Below, in pieces: positions 12,848 through 26,261 of a stretch of 64,000 nucleotides of DNA (position 1 is the stretch's first letter; each line of letters begins with the position of its first letter). Below the pieces are notes generated by a model. That model saw only the letters and a list, made by a program, of their open reading frames with translations. It did not search any database and had not been told where the DNA came from. Source of the stretch: Tubiluchus corallicola (lineage: Eukaryota > Animalia > Priapulida); contig JAQGDQ010000638.1 in the NCBI GenBank assembly GCA_030141605.1, forward strand, positions 57,600 to 121,599. Direction: 5' to 3'. The translations under genes and the position numbers were made by a program.

Positions 12848-12907
12848 GTCAGAAAGTAACCACAGTTTGTGCAATGGCAGGCGTCTTCTCTTGCACATCA
12901 AGCACAT
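12848..12907 (-). CDS. Possible 60-nt cassette exon of CCDC66-like gene
   Basis: ctatgcag|ATG...GAC|gtaagc, phase 0-0, open: MCLMCKRRRLPLHKLWLLSD. No homology support. Confidence 0.35.
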
Positions 12908-14119
12908 CTGCATAGATGTTACAGTACTACTTAAATGCGTGATGTCACGAAAAATGGGCTCTACATCATATGATATCAGTAACTAACACTGCAGTTCATG
13001 ATCATGGTTATCAAGGTACAGTCTTCTATTTGTCGGTCACGCAAATGTGACAAAAAGGAACAATTGCCAATCTTAGTAGATTCACTGAGCCGCGCGTATC
13101 TTTGAAATTTGAACGAAATTCGAGTATCCAAGGTAATTATTATTTAATCTAAGCTTTGATTTGAAATAAGCTATTGTAGTTTTCAATATTTTAGAGCAAT
13201 CTTTATCCTGAACTCGCATTTACATCCGGTTTTCCTTTAATGGTTAACATGGTGCTGCCACCTGTTAACATAATTGTTGAGGAACTGTAGGGGTTTGAGC
13301 ACTAGCAAAATATGAATGAATTAAGCAATAAAAAATGAAAACAACAACAAATAAGAAATGCAAGAAGCAATTTGATTGGCTGGTAGGAAGACCAACCAAC
13401 CTATCTCTAGGCATTTATTATCGAGGCTGTTGATCTGCCAGGTCGTCTTCTTGGTTACAACAGGTAGATCATTTTGACTTGGTTATTTTTTCACAAAATA
13501 AATTATAAAAAATATAAAATAAACAAGTCAAAATAATCTACCTACTATGACCAAGAAGACGACTGGGCAGATCAATATGTAAGTAGCCAGCAAGCTTAAA
13601 AAGTGCGGTCACCCCTGATTTAGGGGGGGATTCCCAGATTTTAGTTCAGCTTAGGCTCAGTAGTACAAGCCTCAATCAGTGGCTGTTTCATCGTTTCATC
13701 AGGTGTAGTGTTCTTATAGATGAGAATCACGGATAAGAAAAAAGAGGAAGATTGAAGAAAAACATCGAGTCAAAACAGAGTAATATGCACTGTACTACAC
13801 AGACTGTGTGATACATATTACTAATATGCATTGTAATGAAATTATCACTATCTGTCGTGAAAGTAGAAATATATGGTTTGTAATATAAATTTTAATAACT
13901 TCTAAAATAGTTTCTTGAGTGTAGTAGTAATGATGTGCGCAGGTCGGATGCAAAAAATATCGTTATTAAGTCCTACTGTACTTGGCTCCTTGATCAAACT
14001 GCTTGTGGCCCGCAGAAATTGCGGGAAAGCTTACTGGCTAGTCAGATAATTTGCGCACCTCTGCCGTAGATGATGCCATAAAGTTTGAATGGGTAGAAAC
14101 CTATTTACGAAATTTTCAT

Positions 14120-14185
14120 TTCGCGGGATTTGAACTCACAACCGTAATGTCTGTAGGCGAACACGCTACTCGTTGCGCCATCCAA
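14120..14185 (-). mobile_element. tRNA-derived SINE-head-like fragment
   Basis: Minus strand GGATGGCGCAACGAGTAGCG...GAGTTCAAATCCCGC has A-box- and B-box-like motifs but no complete cloverleaf. Confidence 0.45.
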
Positions 14186-15244
14186 ACAAATGACGTCACT
14201 ACTCAACAAGAAGCCTTACCAATGCGCGCACAATTATATCTTAAAATCACAGATGTCGCCACACGAATAAAATTTAAAAATACATAGCAACCAATACAAA
14301 AAATCACAACGCACCACAAACTGTTTGGGAAAAACGCAAAAAATATACAAATACTCACTCAAAGATGTCGCCACGTGATAAAGTTTGAAATACACATAGA
14401 CAACAATGCTAAACAACTGTAACGTACCACAAACTGTTTGAGGGAAGTAAGTCTATATATAAGTAGGCTTTCGGCTTTGTAATAAGTGGGGATGGCATCT
14501 CCGATAGAATAACTGGTCATACGACAGGGCTCTGGGAATATGTGACCTCCATCGGATGGAACTGTAGAGTACGCACAATACTAAGTACGATAGCCAATAG
14601 GCGGTAGCTATTGTATGATTAGTTATATGGCTGTACAGTATACCATAGAAATGCTGCATAGAGGTAGCCCAGAAGCTTGTGGGTATGACCCATCTGAGGG
14701 GACGAGTCCTTTTTGCAAAATGAAATTTTGGTTTGAAAGCTTACACGTCTCCCAATGTATTACGTTTAAAAATTTTAAAATCAAAATTGGAAGTTTTTTG
14801 AAGTCCCAAAATTCTTTTCCGGAATTTTGGCATGTAAACAAGCATTAGACATGCAAACTGATGACATCTTTTGAAATTTTATAAGCTCCTTAGTTTTAAA
14901 AATGACCTTAAATTATGAGTAAAACGGTATTTCTATTTTTAAGTAAAATTGTGATGTCACAGGTTTTAAAATGGCAGACTGACGAAAGAATATTAAAAAG
15001 ATTTGCGAGGCTGGTGCTCTCTTTTTTGAAAACAACTGCAAGCTTCCTAATAGCAGTATATCACCATCCAGCTTTTACTCTTTCCCAATGGCAAAGTAAG
15101 AATTTGACAGGAAAATATGTTATACTTAAAGAAGGGGCACCTGAAGTAGGTTTCAGAAAAATCACCTTAAAATGTTATATTACTTTACAACAACTTTATT
15201 CACATATCTTACTCGCACTGAAAGTAATTTTTGTTTGTTTTCAT

Positions 15245-15790
15245 TTTAAATCTCCCGCAATACTGTTCCGAAGTCGCCATTACATGACGTCATGTACCAA
15301 ACGTAAATCAAGGGAAGAAAAGGAAATGTTAAATTGTCTCAAAAGACTTTCCGTGCAAATCTATATTACTTAGATTTTCGCTTACCCGCTAGAAAGACTT
15401 ATGTAACTAGAAACGAAAATTATTAACTATTTAAAATGTTTTCACTAATTGGCAAAATGTCGCTGACTCACCCTCCAGGGGGCACCAATTACTAACCAAA
15501 AAACGTATTTTTAATCTTATTGACAAGATACGGTAATTTTACATTTCATTTAGTTAGTGACTTGTGCGCTACGAATGCTCTGATTATTTTTCCAAACTTT
15601 ACAAAATGTTATCTAAACCTGTTTCAAATGACCTGTCGTGAAAATGGCTGCATCTTACGGTCATCGCGGGAGTTTAAATTTACATGTATTACACAGCGTG
15701 ACTGCCGATTGAAGTCCTGCACGCAAAAAGGCAGTTTGTAGGTGATATAAAATTTCAAAACGAATTTTTTAAGCTTTATGTTTATGAAGG
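15245..15790 (+). repeat. Interspersed repeat, family X
   Basis: Shares TTTAAATCTCCCGCAATACTGTTCCG...GACTCACCCTCC...CAAAAAGGCAGT with 19960-20395. Confidence 0.75.
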
Positions 15791-16863
15791 GTTTTCTTGT
15801 GGAGCTAGAGTACTGTTTATATTAGTCTCGGGTGTAATCGTTACATCAGTGGAACAAAAAGTGAGTTTTCTAACTTTCTCTGCTCTAGTGTACATAGTCA
15901 CCTACTCACAATGAAAATTTTACATTAACACGACATCAAACACATGCTTAACTTAAGGCTGTGAACTAATTTCACACTTGGGTTGGCTTTCTACTAATGC
16001 ACCAGGCACATACAACCGATGACAGTTTTACAAACAAGTTGCAAACAACAGTTAAATGTAGGGAGGGGTACTAATCCTAACCTATATAAAATGACAATGT
16101 TAAAAATGCTTGAAAATAAAGATTCCGAGACTTCCCACGCAGCAAAAGATGTCAAAAATTCTTTTAATTTTTTCAGAAGTTTTTTTTTCATTCTTTTAAA
16201 GCTAATGGGTATTTTGACATCTTTTACAGTTATGACCATGGCAAGTTACTGTTACGGTCTTGCAACTTCTTTTACGGTTACCAAACGTTAAAACTTTTCT
16301 AATACTGTAACACATTTTAAACATCAAAACTCAGAAATTTTTGCCAAGCCGCATTTGTCAGTACAAGTTAGAATCAAGCATTGATTATTGGTAACAAGGT
16401 ATTGATTGCACTGCTACGTTGCGCTCTTGTTTTAATACGTGCCAGCAGCGTAGCATGGTCTATTCGCCAGATTTCACAAAAGAATTTTATAGAATTTTTA
16501 TTAAAATACAGACAATATATAGACAATTTTTATTAAAAAATTAAGTTAAAAATGTTAAAAAAAGGATGTTTCCAAACATTTTGACTTTTTCCTAACAAAT
16601 TTTAAGTTATAAAATGTCAAAACGCATGTGAACACACGTTTTTTAACATTTTACAACATAAACTTTTAATAAAAGATGCTTTCTTTTTATAATGGTGTGT
16701 CTGTATAAACTGACCAAGTTTGGCAGAAGTGCAGAAATGCACTTAATAGTTCCTGTAGTTGAGACAAAAGTGACAAAAATGCATAGATTTACGTTAAACG
16801 ATAACTTGAAAATGAGAAACGTGTTTTGAGATTAAGCGGGGAAGAAATGGCCTGCAGTTAGAA

Positions 16864-17450
16864 GTAAAAAAGTAAAGTAAAGTAAAGTAAAGTATTTGTT
16901 TTGCATGAGTGAGTCAGCTATTGCATCTACATCCTCTTCCAACTCAGCGGCCGAAACTCGACTCTCAAGTTCCTCCTGACGACTCCAAAAACCTGTATTT
17001 GTATTTGTTTTTTGTCTTCCTTACTCCTTTAACAACATATTCCTTGAAAAATATCATAACTATACGTATACAAAATTTCTCTCCATTAATACAAATTATT
17101 TTATGATTATAATTACACTCCTGCCCAAATGAGAATATAATCGCCTCTCAAAAAACTAAAACTATAATATGTAAACCTACTCACATGACCTTCTTTCTCC
17201 AAACTGTTTTTTATCGCTATCCTGTTCTTACTGACATACCTGACTTTTCCTTTTTCACATTTATTAAATAATTCTTTTCTCTCTAGTACAAACTACATTA
17301 CTAACAATTGCCAGGTGCCACTAGCTGGTCGGCCGATGCTTAGCGATATACTTCAGTACAACCCAAAGACACGTGCTCACATCTAGCATAACTGCTCTGG
17401 TTATCGCATTTCAAGGACCAATTTTTACATTGGTTTTCATAAACAAAAAA
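16864..17450 (-). mobile_element. Retroposon-like interspersed repeat with (TACTT)n tail
   Basis: About 500 bp of high similarity to 57693-58177. (AAAGT)n run at 16868-16895. Confidence 0.7.
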
Positions 17451-17574
17451 ACCTTGCAGATGTCGCAACATTTAACTATTGAAAATCATCTCACAATACT
17501 AGTTTCTAAAATGCACTGACAAATGCTATAAAAATGAACATTAGATTATTAAATTCATGTAATATGCAAAATAC

Positions 17575-17663
17575 CTGAAGAGGAGAAGCTTGTTTCAGAG
17601 GAGCAGGAGGAGCGCCACCTCCTGGGCGACCCCAAGGATTGTATTCCCTCATTTGCAATTGCT
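17575..17663 (-). CDS. CCDC66: CCDC66-like, coding exon 7
   Basis: Acceptor gtttcag|AG, donor CAG|gtattt. Encodes (E)QLQMREYNPWGRPGGGAPPAPLKQASPLQ, with the NPWGxxGGGAP motif I recall from CSPP1-type centrosomal proteins. Confidence 0.85.
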
Positions 17664-19959
17664 CTGAAACGCAAAACCGACAATCTTTGTAATGACTCCG
17701 TATAATTGACTGAATGATGCATAATAACTCTATCAAGAACTCAATGATTTATTTATACCACAGCCGTTAATTTCAGTAATCTCAAATCAGAGGATAAAAT
17801 AAACAATCTTCTATCTGGTAATCCACTACTAAGCCACAATCAAAATGTTCACATATTTCAGTTAGTTCACAGGTATAGTAAGGACACCAAAAGATTCCAC
17901 CTGTGCCGATTTAAACTTGTATTGCCCCCTCTTTTCTGTTATAAATTGGTTTCCTTTTAAAAAGGTCATGTGACCAGGCTTTTACCTGTACACTTACCTG
18001 TAGATTGGAGTAACTCAGGCGTTCACACACTGCAGTGACAAATTGTTTAGCGTCAGTCATTTATTCGTTGTTGTAATTTCATAATTACACTTATAGAAGA
18101 TCAACATGTAAGTTGATTTATTAATTTCTTAAATCTTGAACCTTTGTTTATTAAAAATACTAGAGATTAGATTTTATAATTTGCATAAAAACTTTGTTAA
18201 AGTTAATTAGATCAAATTTGGTTTAGATTTCGCCGTAAAATTGAGCAAAATTATATAAATTTATCTTATTTGTTTTCAGATTAAACGATACAAGCTACAC
18301 AATTATGTTGTTGGAGATTTTTTATAAGAAGGTAGCACACCACCATAGAAATTAGTCATTTTGATATCCAGTATTTTAGCAGTTAAATTAGAAATTAGTG
18401 AGACTAGCAAGTGAAATGCATTCTTTTTTAGTCTGTAATGTCCTCCTATGTTCTATTGTTTATTTATATCTGTATGTAATTTTCCATGTATGTATAAACC
18501 TGCAGTACAAATCAGTTTATTTATACTGTTTATTTCAGGCTTTATCATTTAAATGAAAAATATGTTTAGATAAAATAGTGACTCAAAGTTTTGCTTCACG
18601 GCATTAAAGTCAGACACTTATGTGGTGATCAAAGAGCTTTTACTGCTTTTAAATCAACTTTCCTTGGATTGCACGCACTATAGCAATCATACCAACAGCC
18701 ATTTTGTTTGAAAGCTGTTATGCGCTGATGCAAACTTTTAATCACCAGACCAGCAAGTGTCTCTTGAAGCTCCTGCTGCTTCTCACAGAGTGTTTAATCA
18801 GTTAACTGCAGCTGTTACGTCACCGATGTAGTGGCACTAATCTGCCAGCATTCTTTGTGACTTTATGAGCACAAACATCATAGAGAAACTAAGAGTAACA
18901 GGGTTAATTTTGAAAAATAGAACATAAGCACAAAAACCTATTATTTAAAGCTCTCGCAGGCTTTGCAGTGCATACTAAGCTGGTCAGTGACGACTCGTAC
19001 TTTTATATTAGTAATACTACACCCATTGGCCAAGAAATTTAGTTGGTTGAAAGTATCAAAACACTTCCATCTCAATGTAAGTCTACGAAGCAGCTCCTAC
19101 TGTATTAATATCCGAATGTTTACACAATAAATAAAATTCTTTAACTTGAATGTTCACATTATTTCATTTCACACTCGGGTAATGAACAAGCCGCCGAGTA
19201 ACTGAACATCAGGCCAGCAGGTTTTGTTACATTTAGCTTGAGTGTTAGTTTAAACAAAGAAATGAATACATCCACATGGAGTATTGAACCCAGCAGTAAC
19301 TGATACATTCACTAAACGGCTTGAACATTGTTCACAGGACAATTAAGAAAAGTGCTACCTGAAGTAGGTTTAGTGTTTTGGATATAAGCATGTGGTGCCT
19401 CCTTGTGTTTGTTTTTTTGCAAATTTAGGCTGTTGATAGACAGTTGAGCTAGGACAGGAAATTGGCCATTGGCCTCATTTTACAGACAGGATAGGAAAGA
19501 AGTCATTCTTGTTCAGTACGTCGTGTCGTTTTGTCACAAAATTTTGTCAGTCGAGTTCTCTTTAGCAAGTTAGTAAGATGCGGCAAAGATGTAAGTTTGA
19601 TTTCTTCATATTTCATAATATTATTTCACATTTTCATTATAGCAGTTAATTATCTTTTTCACATTTGTTTAGCAGAAAACGTTTTTATTTGCTTCAGATA
19701 AAACGAAGTCGAGTCGCACATAATATGTCAGTCAGTTAGTCAGTCAAATATGTCATGATGTGATAGTGATTTTGGGATGAGACGATAACTGCCCATTTTG
19801 GACAATCATAAATCATAAATTACATCTGAAAGACTGTTGGACTTGTATTTAGTGCATGTCGCGCACATTTAGGAAAAATTGCCTTAAAAATTATATTATA
19901 TTACTTCATATCAATTTTTTGCGTATATCGCACTCGTGTTGAAAAGATTTTTTTTTTGT

Positions 19960-20395
19960 TTTTAAATCTCCCGCAATACTGTTCCGACTGCACCATTACA
20001 AGACGTCACTTTACGCACAACACAAATCAGGCGAAGAAAAGGAATTCTTAAACTATGTCCCAAAAAACTTTCCATGCAAAGGTACTTTGTTTAGCATTTC
20101 GTTTTCCTGCATTTAAAATGCTTTCACCAATTGGTAAAATGTTGTTGACTCACCCTCCTGGGTGCACTAATTATGCTACTAATTATTTTTTCAAACTTTA
20201 CGCAGTATTTTCTAGGCTTCTTTCAAGTGACTTATCGTCATAATGGCCACGTCTAACGGTCATCGCTGGAGTTGAAATTTACATATTTTACACAGCATTA
20301 CTGCCACTGCAAGCCTTGCATGCAAAAAGGCAGTACGTAAGTGGTATAGAATATCAAAACGAATTCTTTAAGATTGATGTAAGTGAAGGGGTTTA
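19960..20395 (+). repeat. Interspersed repeat, family X
   Basis: Colinear similarity to 15245-15790. Confidence 0.75.
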
Positions 20396-20482
20396 TTGTT
20401 CTTTAACTTTGTTTAGCACACACAGTGACCTCTCAGTTATTCACCTCACCACAAAAACTCGTCAACATTTTATTGAACGTAC

Positions 20483-20720
20483 CCAACTGCTGCTGTCTCC
20501 ATTCCAGCTTCTTCTTTTCTAACTTCGTCAGCGGAGGCAGATGAGGAGGCGTGTGATTTCGCTCGTTCTTGTGGCGTCCGTCGATGACCGGTTGATGCGG
20601 AGAGGTGTCCAGTTGACCGTGAAGTGACCTGTCACCATGAGGTGAGGTATTAGGAAGAGTGACACTTCCCAGGTGTTGATGGAGCGAGTTTGCCGTGTGA
20701 TGGAATGACGAGTTCCCAAG
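20483..20720 (-). CDS. CCDC66: CCDC66-like, coding exon 6
   Basis: Acceptor ttctaatag|CTT, donor TTGG|gtacgt. Open frame LGNSSFH...LPPLTKLEKKKLEWRQQQL(E), resembling CCDC66 LEAKKAQWRKEL. This frame is not in the supplied ORF track. Confidence 0.82.
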
Positions 20721-20749
20721 CTATTAGAAATAAACCACAAATTTAAGTT

Positions 20750-20838
20750 TAATCCAAGATGTAAATGCTTTAATCCAAGATGTAAATGCTTTAAACCAAG
20801 ATGTAAATGCTTTAATCCAAGATGTAAATGCTTTAACC
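20750..20838. repeat. 21-bp tandem repeat, about 4 copies; a further unit follows the MITE at about 21346
   Basis: Unit TTAATCCAAGATGTAAATGCT. Confidence 0.9.
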
Positions 20839-21345
20839 CAGGGGTGTGCAAATTATCTGACTAGCCGGGCCACATTAAACTTTCCCGCAATTCCTGTGGG
20901 CCACATGCAGTTTGATCAAGGAGCCAAGTACAGAAAGGCCTAATAACGATTTTTTTGCATCCGACCTGCGTACATCATTACTACTGCACTACTACACTCA
21001 AGAAACTATTTTAGAAGTTATTAAAATTTATATTACAAACCATATATTTCTACTTTCAGGACAGATAGTGGTGATTTCATTACGATGGATATTAGTAATG
21101 TGTAGCACACAGTCTGTGTAGTACAGTGACATTAAGCTACAACCGTCTTGTGAGGGTTAATGGCATCCGATCTAGTAGAAAAAACTACCCGCACTATCTT
21201 TGGGATCGTGGCACGGACTTTAGCTGGATACACTCAATTAATCGCCCGGGTCGCACTTTCATTAGGTTGACAAATCTCTTCGAGGGCCGCACAAATTCTC
21301 TCGGCGGGCCGCAAGTGTCCCGCAGGCCGCAATTTGCAAACCCCT
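20839..21345. mobile_element. hAT (Charlie-like) MITE, copy 1
   Basis: TIRs CAGGGGTGTGCAAATT / AATTTGCAAACCCCT, subterminal GGGCCGC repeats, homologous to 33670-34151. Confidence 0.88.
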
Positions 21346-21776
21346 AATCTAAGATGTAAACGCTTTAAAGTCAAGCTAAACCCTCCCTATTATAATATAA
21401 GTATATGCAATTACGTTCGCAACTTGAAACTCTACTCTTATTACGAATATAAATTTATTTTATTATAAACTGACTGTAAAAGTTGTTTATTTCGATTTTT
21501 TATCGCTATATCGGTATTAAATTTGTAGAACCGCCATTTTTCGTTGCACGAGACGGGAGGCATTATGAGAACAGTCATGAGGTAACCAAAGACGCTTTCT
21601 GTACCTCTAACGTACCACTTCTGTACCACTCGCAACAAAGATACGAAATATGGCAATCTTCGCGTATGAAATTCACAAGAAAAAGGTAAGTTATTCATTT
21701 ACAGATCTCTTTCGTTTAATAATAACTATGAATTCTATGAATTCAAAGGGAAGAAAAGAAACAACAAACGTCTTAC

Positions 21777-21959
21777 ATATGATCTAGACGGAGACTCGAG
21801 TACAACACCTTGTCCAGTGACTTCCATTACGGACGGCTCTTGTGCGGACGTGTCTTCCATTCCGCCGTTGAGGAGGTCACGCTCATCAGTTTTACTGGAT
21901 GAATTGACATCGCTCTTTGCTGCATCTGATGATCTGGGTGACGTGTCTTTTCCCAAAAC
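21777..21959 (-). CDS. CCDC66: CCDC66-like, coding exon 5
   Basis: Acceptor tttcttccag|GTT, donor TAT|gtaaga. 183 nt: VLGKDTSPRSS...ESPSRSY; phases 0-0. Confidence 0.82.
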
Positions 21960-22207
21960 CTGGAAGAAACAAAACAGACCTTTGCAGACAGCAAGCTGGA
22001 ATGGAAGAAACAAAACAGACCTTGGCAGACAGCAAGCTGGAATGGAAGAAACAAAACAGACCTTGGCAGACAGCAAGCTGGAATGGAAGAAACAAAACAG
22101 ACCTTGGCAGACAGCAAGCTGGAATGGAAGAAACAAAACAGACCTTGGCAGACAGCAAGCTGGAATGGAAGAAACAAAACAGACCTTCGCAGACAGCAAG
22201 CTGGAAT
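21960..22207. repeat. 41-bp tandem repeat, about 6 copies, abutting the exon 5 acceptor
   Basis: Unit TGGAATGGAAGAAACAAAACAGACCTTGGCAGACAGCAAGC. Confidence 0.95.
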
Positions 22208-23548
22208 GCAGCACTGCTGTATACATGTTTTCAAGCGCTGTAGTCGCTGCCATTCGCTTGAAAATGACCACATAACTGGTCAACTTCATGACTATTATAC
22301 ACCATAAATGCGTGTTTCTTAAAGTAATCCAAATTTCTGCAGCTTAACTACTGCTCATATAAAAATATGACTAAATTAGCTAACAAATTTTTTGTAAAAA
22401 CTTAATATACTGTTTGTTGACAGAAATTGACATTGTGTTGCTTTTCCTTGACGTCATTGGGCATTCAAAATTTTAATTAATATTATTATTTATTTAACGG
22501 TAATTATAGCTCGACTGGTTAGCAAAAACTACAACAAATAATTTAATTACTCAAAGTAGTTCCCGTACGAAGGGGACAACATAGTGCAGCAAATCATATA
22601 GTACAATAATGTACGTGTAAATATTAGTACTAAAGTTTACATACGTATGAAAATAATAATTAGCAGAAAGCACAAAATTATATAAATTATCATTATATAT
22701 TATACACATTACGAGGTTTGATAGAGATGGCTGAGGAGGTGAAGTAGTTAAGCACCCAAGCATGAAATACCATAACTCCAAAGTGATTTTACAAATCACA
22801 CGAGCCACTTATTGTACTTTCGTTACTAAAAGTTCTTCTAAGATTTTTCCTGAACGTTGAAATGAGGCTAATTTTCCAGAAGGTTTTCCTTTAAAAGCTT
22901 GAAGCCATAAGAAAACTTCAAATTCAAGTTGTTCTAATCCTGAAACTTGCAATGATTAATTATTGTGCTTCGTGACAAATGTTCATAACGATTAACATAG
23001 AAAATTCTTCCAAAAATTCTCGGCTAAATAACCACTGCGTGTACAATAATAGTTAGTGACTAAGCTAGCTTTCATTTATTAAATAGCTTTATTATAAAAC
23101 CGCACAAAGCAACCAGCCAGCATGCCAATGTTGCTAAGTGGTTACCCATTGGCAAATCTGCTCTTACAAACTGTTGCATTGCCGTGCATTAAAGCTCTAT
23201 TACTGCTTATTTTTCATTCTGTTTACTACCCAAGAGCAAATCAATGCTGCAAAGTTTCAAGGACTAAAGAGGCAGTCGGTTTTGATAGCTTTCATTAGAT
23301 GTCAACGAATGATTCCAAAAATTTTACTAGCCAGTAAACGTTACCAGGAACGTTGGAAAGCATTTGTAGCAAAGTATAAAGTCTCGCCTGCAGCAAAAGT
23401 CTGGTGTTGTTCATTTAAAGGGCAAGTAACATCGATGAGCCATTAAAAAAATCCACAAAAAATCTTAAAGCACAAGAAAATTAAGCTCAAGCTTTGGTAA
23501 TGTTTGGTAAAAGACCTATTTTTTCACTACATTTGCACTGAAAAAAGT

Positions 23549-23670
23549 TCTGTAGTACTACTGTCTTTGGTTTGGTAAGTGCATTATCTGTAGTACTACT
23601 GTCTTTGGTTTGGTAAGTGCATTATCTGTAGTACTACTGTCTTTAGTTTGGGAAGTGCATTATCTTTAGT
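23549..23670. repeat. 38-bp tandem repeat, about 3 copies
   Basis: Unit TCTGTAGTACTACTGTCTTTGGTTTGGTAAGTGCATTA. Confidence 0.9.
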
Positions 23671-23784
23671 ACAAAACAGTGAACCACTAATATAAATGAG
23701 CAGAATTATTAACATACAGGTGCACATGTGAAATTTAATACACACTAGTCACGCTGCTTTGAACAGCCATGTGGTAACATTACC

Positions 23785-24485
23785 CAGGGGCGTATCCAGG
23801 TTCTAAACTTAGGGGGAGCAAGCACATAATAAAATGTGCCATGAAACAAACCAAACAATTTTTAACACAGCCACTACACATGTTAATTTTCTGTTTCAAA
23901 TTAACTCACAAGGAAGACATAGATTTAAAGGAAGTACATAATTGATTTTTTGTATTTAAAACTAAAACGCAATAAAAAGTTTTGTAGTAAAGACATAAAT
24001 TTCAGAACATAATAAAACATGAGTGTTATTTTATTTTATAATTCTGAACATTTTTAGGTGACGAGAATTTATCATATGTGGGCGGGGGCGTATTAACCAA
24101 TAGGCTCACTGGACTAGAGCCTAGGATGCCAAAGTTTGAGGGCGCCACATTTTAGACGCCCAATTTCTTATTCTATTCTTATTCTCCTCGGGGGAAAATG
24201 AGTATCCGTTCATAACACACCACAAGCAGTTACTTAAACCAGTTACTATATTAGTGCCCATACCAAACAAATACAAGGTACTACGTAACAAACAGTTGCT
24301 CACAATGTAAATGCAGTTTGTACACACGTAATTAACAATGCCTATGTAGAAACTAAGTTAATAGTATTACTAATACACCATAATTGTTTAATCTGTTCAG
24401 TACATAACTAGTCATAGATTGACAATGCAGATGGGCAGGACAGATCTATCAGCCTAGGGCACTGCAAAGTCTTGATATGCCCCTG
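23785..24485. mobile_element. Putative MITE of unknown superfamily
   Basis: Imperfect TIR CAGGGGCGTATC / GATATGCCCCTG; no clear TSD. Confidence 0.45.
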
Positions 24486-24830
24486 GATGTGGGGCAATTT
24501 GATCCTAGGTTCAATCAGTCACACTTGACAAATAACTTGCCGAGTTTTAGTACAGCACACTGCAGCACTGTACTTTATCATTTTTTCTTTCGCAAACAAG
24601 TCCAACACGTTCATGGAATGTTGAAAATTATATTAGTTTGTGATGTCACCACTAGGTGGTCTCGCTCGCCATTAATTACGTTCGTAATCTATAATTTAAT
24701 TATCAGAAACACTTGCAGTATTAACTGTGCGAAAACGTATACTTTTTGTCGGACTTGTACATGAAAAAGTGTTTTCCTTTAAAGCCCATTGATGCAAATT
24801 AAAATTACAAATAGAAGCAGCTGCACTTAC

Positions 24831-24951
24831 TTCTAAAACCCGCTTGTATTCCGTCTGTGACAAACGTGCGGCACTCCCTCCGTCCCTGGACTGAGACAAC
24901 CGACCACTTCGAAGTGATTTGCGTTTGTCAGCCGATTGAGTACTGCGCCCT
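24831..24951 (-). CDS. CCDC66: CCDC66-like, coding exon 4
   Basis: Acceptor tttgtccacag|A, donor GAA|gtaagt. Encodes GRSTQSADKRKSLRSGRL...SQTEYKRVLE; phases 2 and 0. Confidence 0.82.
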
Positions 24952-25614
24952 CTGTGGACAAACAAAAAAATAAAATAATCATCAAATAAATGATTTTTTC
25001 AAGAGGCACAGCCAAGGAGACATTTCTTAACTGATGCAGTTGCTCCTATCCATTTCTTATGGGCAAATCACCCAGTTACCCATATAATTTGTTTTTTATT
25101 TTTCCCGCACGAGGGAGCCAAAAACTAAAGGGGACAAGTGGGCAATTGCTGGCAGACTTGACTGGTTATTGCAGAGACTAATTTGTAATGTGGATAATGC
25201 AATTTTTATGTGAGAAATTCAATGTCATGCTTCAACCATAAACAGTGTGCGCTCTCTACCCGAACGAAGTAAGTGATTTTTGTAAATCTAAGTTTATTAA
25301 TTAGAAAGCAATTTTCTGTTCAAATTTTGTTCAAATTTCTGTAGTTTTGTTCAAATTGCATTACTGAAAATTTTATGTATTCTTTTGTTTTTTCTCCTTT
25401 AGAAAGTAAAGACTGCAGTAAACACCTTATGAAAGGAACTGTCGCGTTTTGCTGTGTTAACAAGCTGTATGCAGATATCAATTATTTCCCATAACTGTGA
25501 CAGTCTTTAGAAATGCAGCCGTCTGATAGCGCTGCATTGCATTCAGACTGTCTCGTTCAACATTTTTGTTTACATTAGAATCGTGAAGATCTAATTCACC
25601 CGGTGACAGATAAT

Positions 25615-26240
25615 CAGGGATGTTGCCGAAGCGAAAATTTGATTTCGGTTTGCCGATAATTGCACTTTTGGTTCAAATTCGAAAATCATAGCCGAAACTT
25701 TCGGGTTTGGGCAGCATTTTCCGAGATTTTAATAGTTTTTGTCTCCTAGATATTAAAAATCGCAGCAAAATTTTGGCTAAAACAGTTCAAATAAAGCATT
25801 GGTATCCTTTATTTAATTTACATCATTTATAAAACACAATTTATAAATATCATTCATATGTTCAGTGCTGACGACAATGAAGGTCTCCAGGCTCGATCAA
25901 CCGAAATTTCAAACCGTAATTTGTATAAAACCAAGTTAAATTTGCTAATTTATGAAATGTAGGCAACAAAATATAAATTTGTTATTTTTTGAAGCATCAT
26001 GATCTTAAACTATAAACATTGTTCTACTTTTTTTGGTTAGAATTTTTTGCCTAGCTACTTCAATCAAGCTCATATCAAAGTAAATTAAGCAAACAAGCAA
26101 AAACAAAGCATTTTATTCATTTCAGATTTTTTTCAGTTTTGAATGCAGTTTGCAAACATGATTTTTGTTTAGTTTTGTTTTGGTATTGGTTTCATAAATT
26201 TTGGTTAAGGTTCGTAATTTCAGTTTCAGTAACATTTCTC
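25615..26240. mobile_element. Degraded hAT-like MITE
   Basis: Starts CAGGGATGTTGCCGAA, has TTTCGG/CCGAAA subterminal motifs and an imperfect right TIR. CAGATAAT is repeated near both ends. Confidence 0.45.
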
Positions 26241-26261
26241 CGTTCAGATAATGGAACTTAC

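Noticed and set aside
14120-14185. tRNA gene; similar B-box motifs near 56120 and 61736
   Set aside because: No full cloverleaf; better explained as SINE-head remnants.
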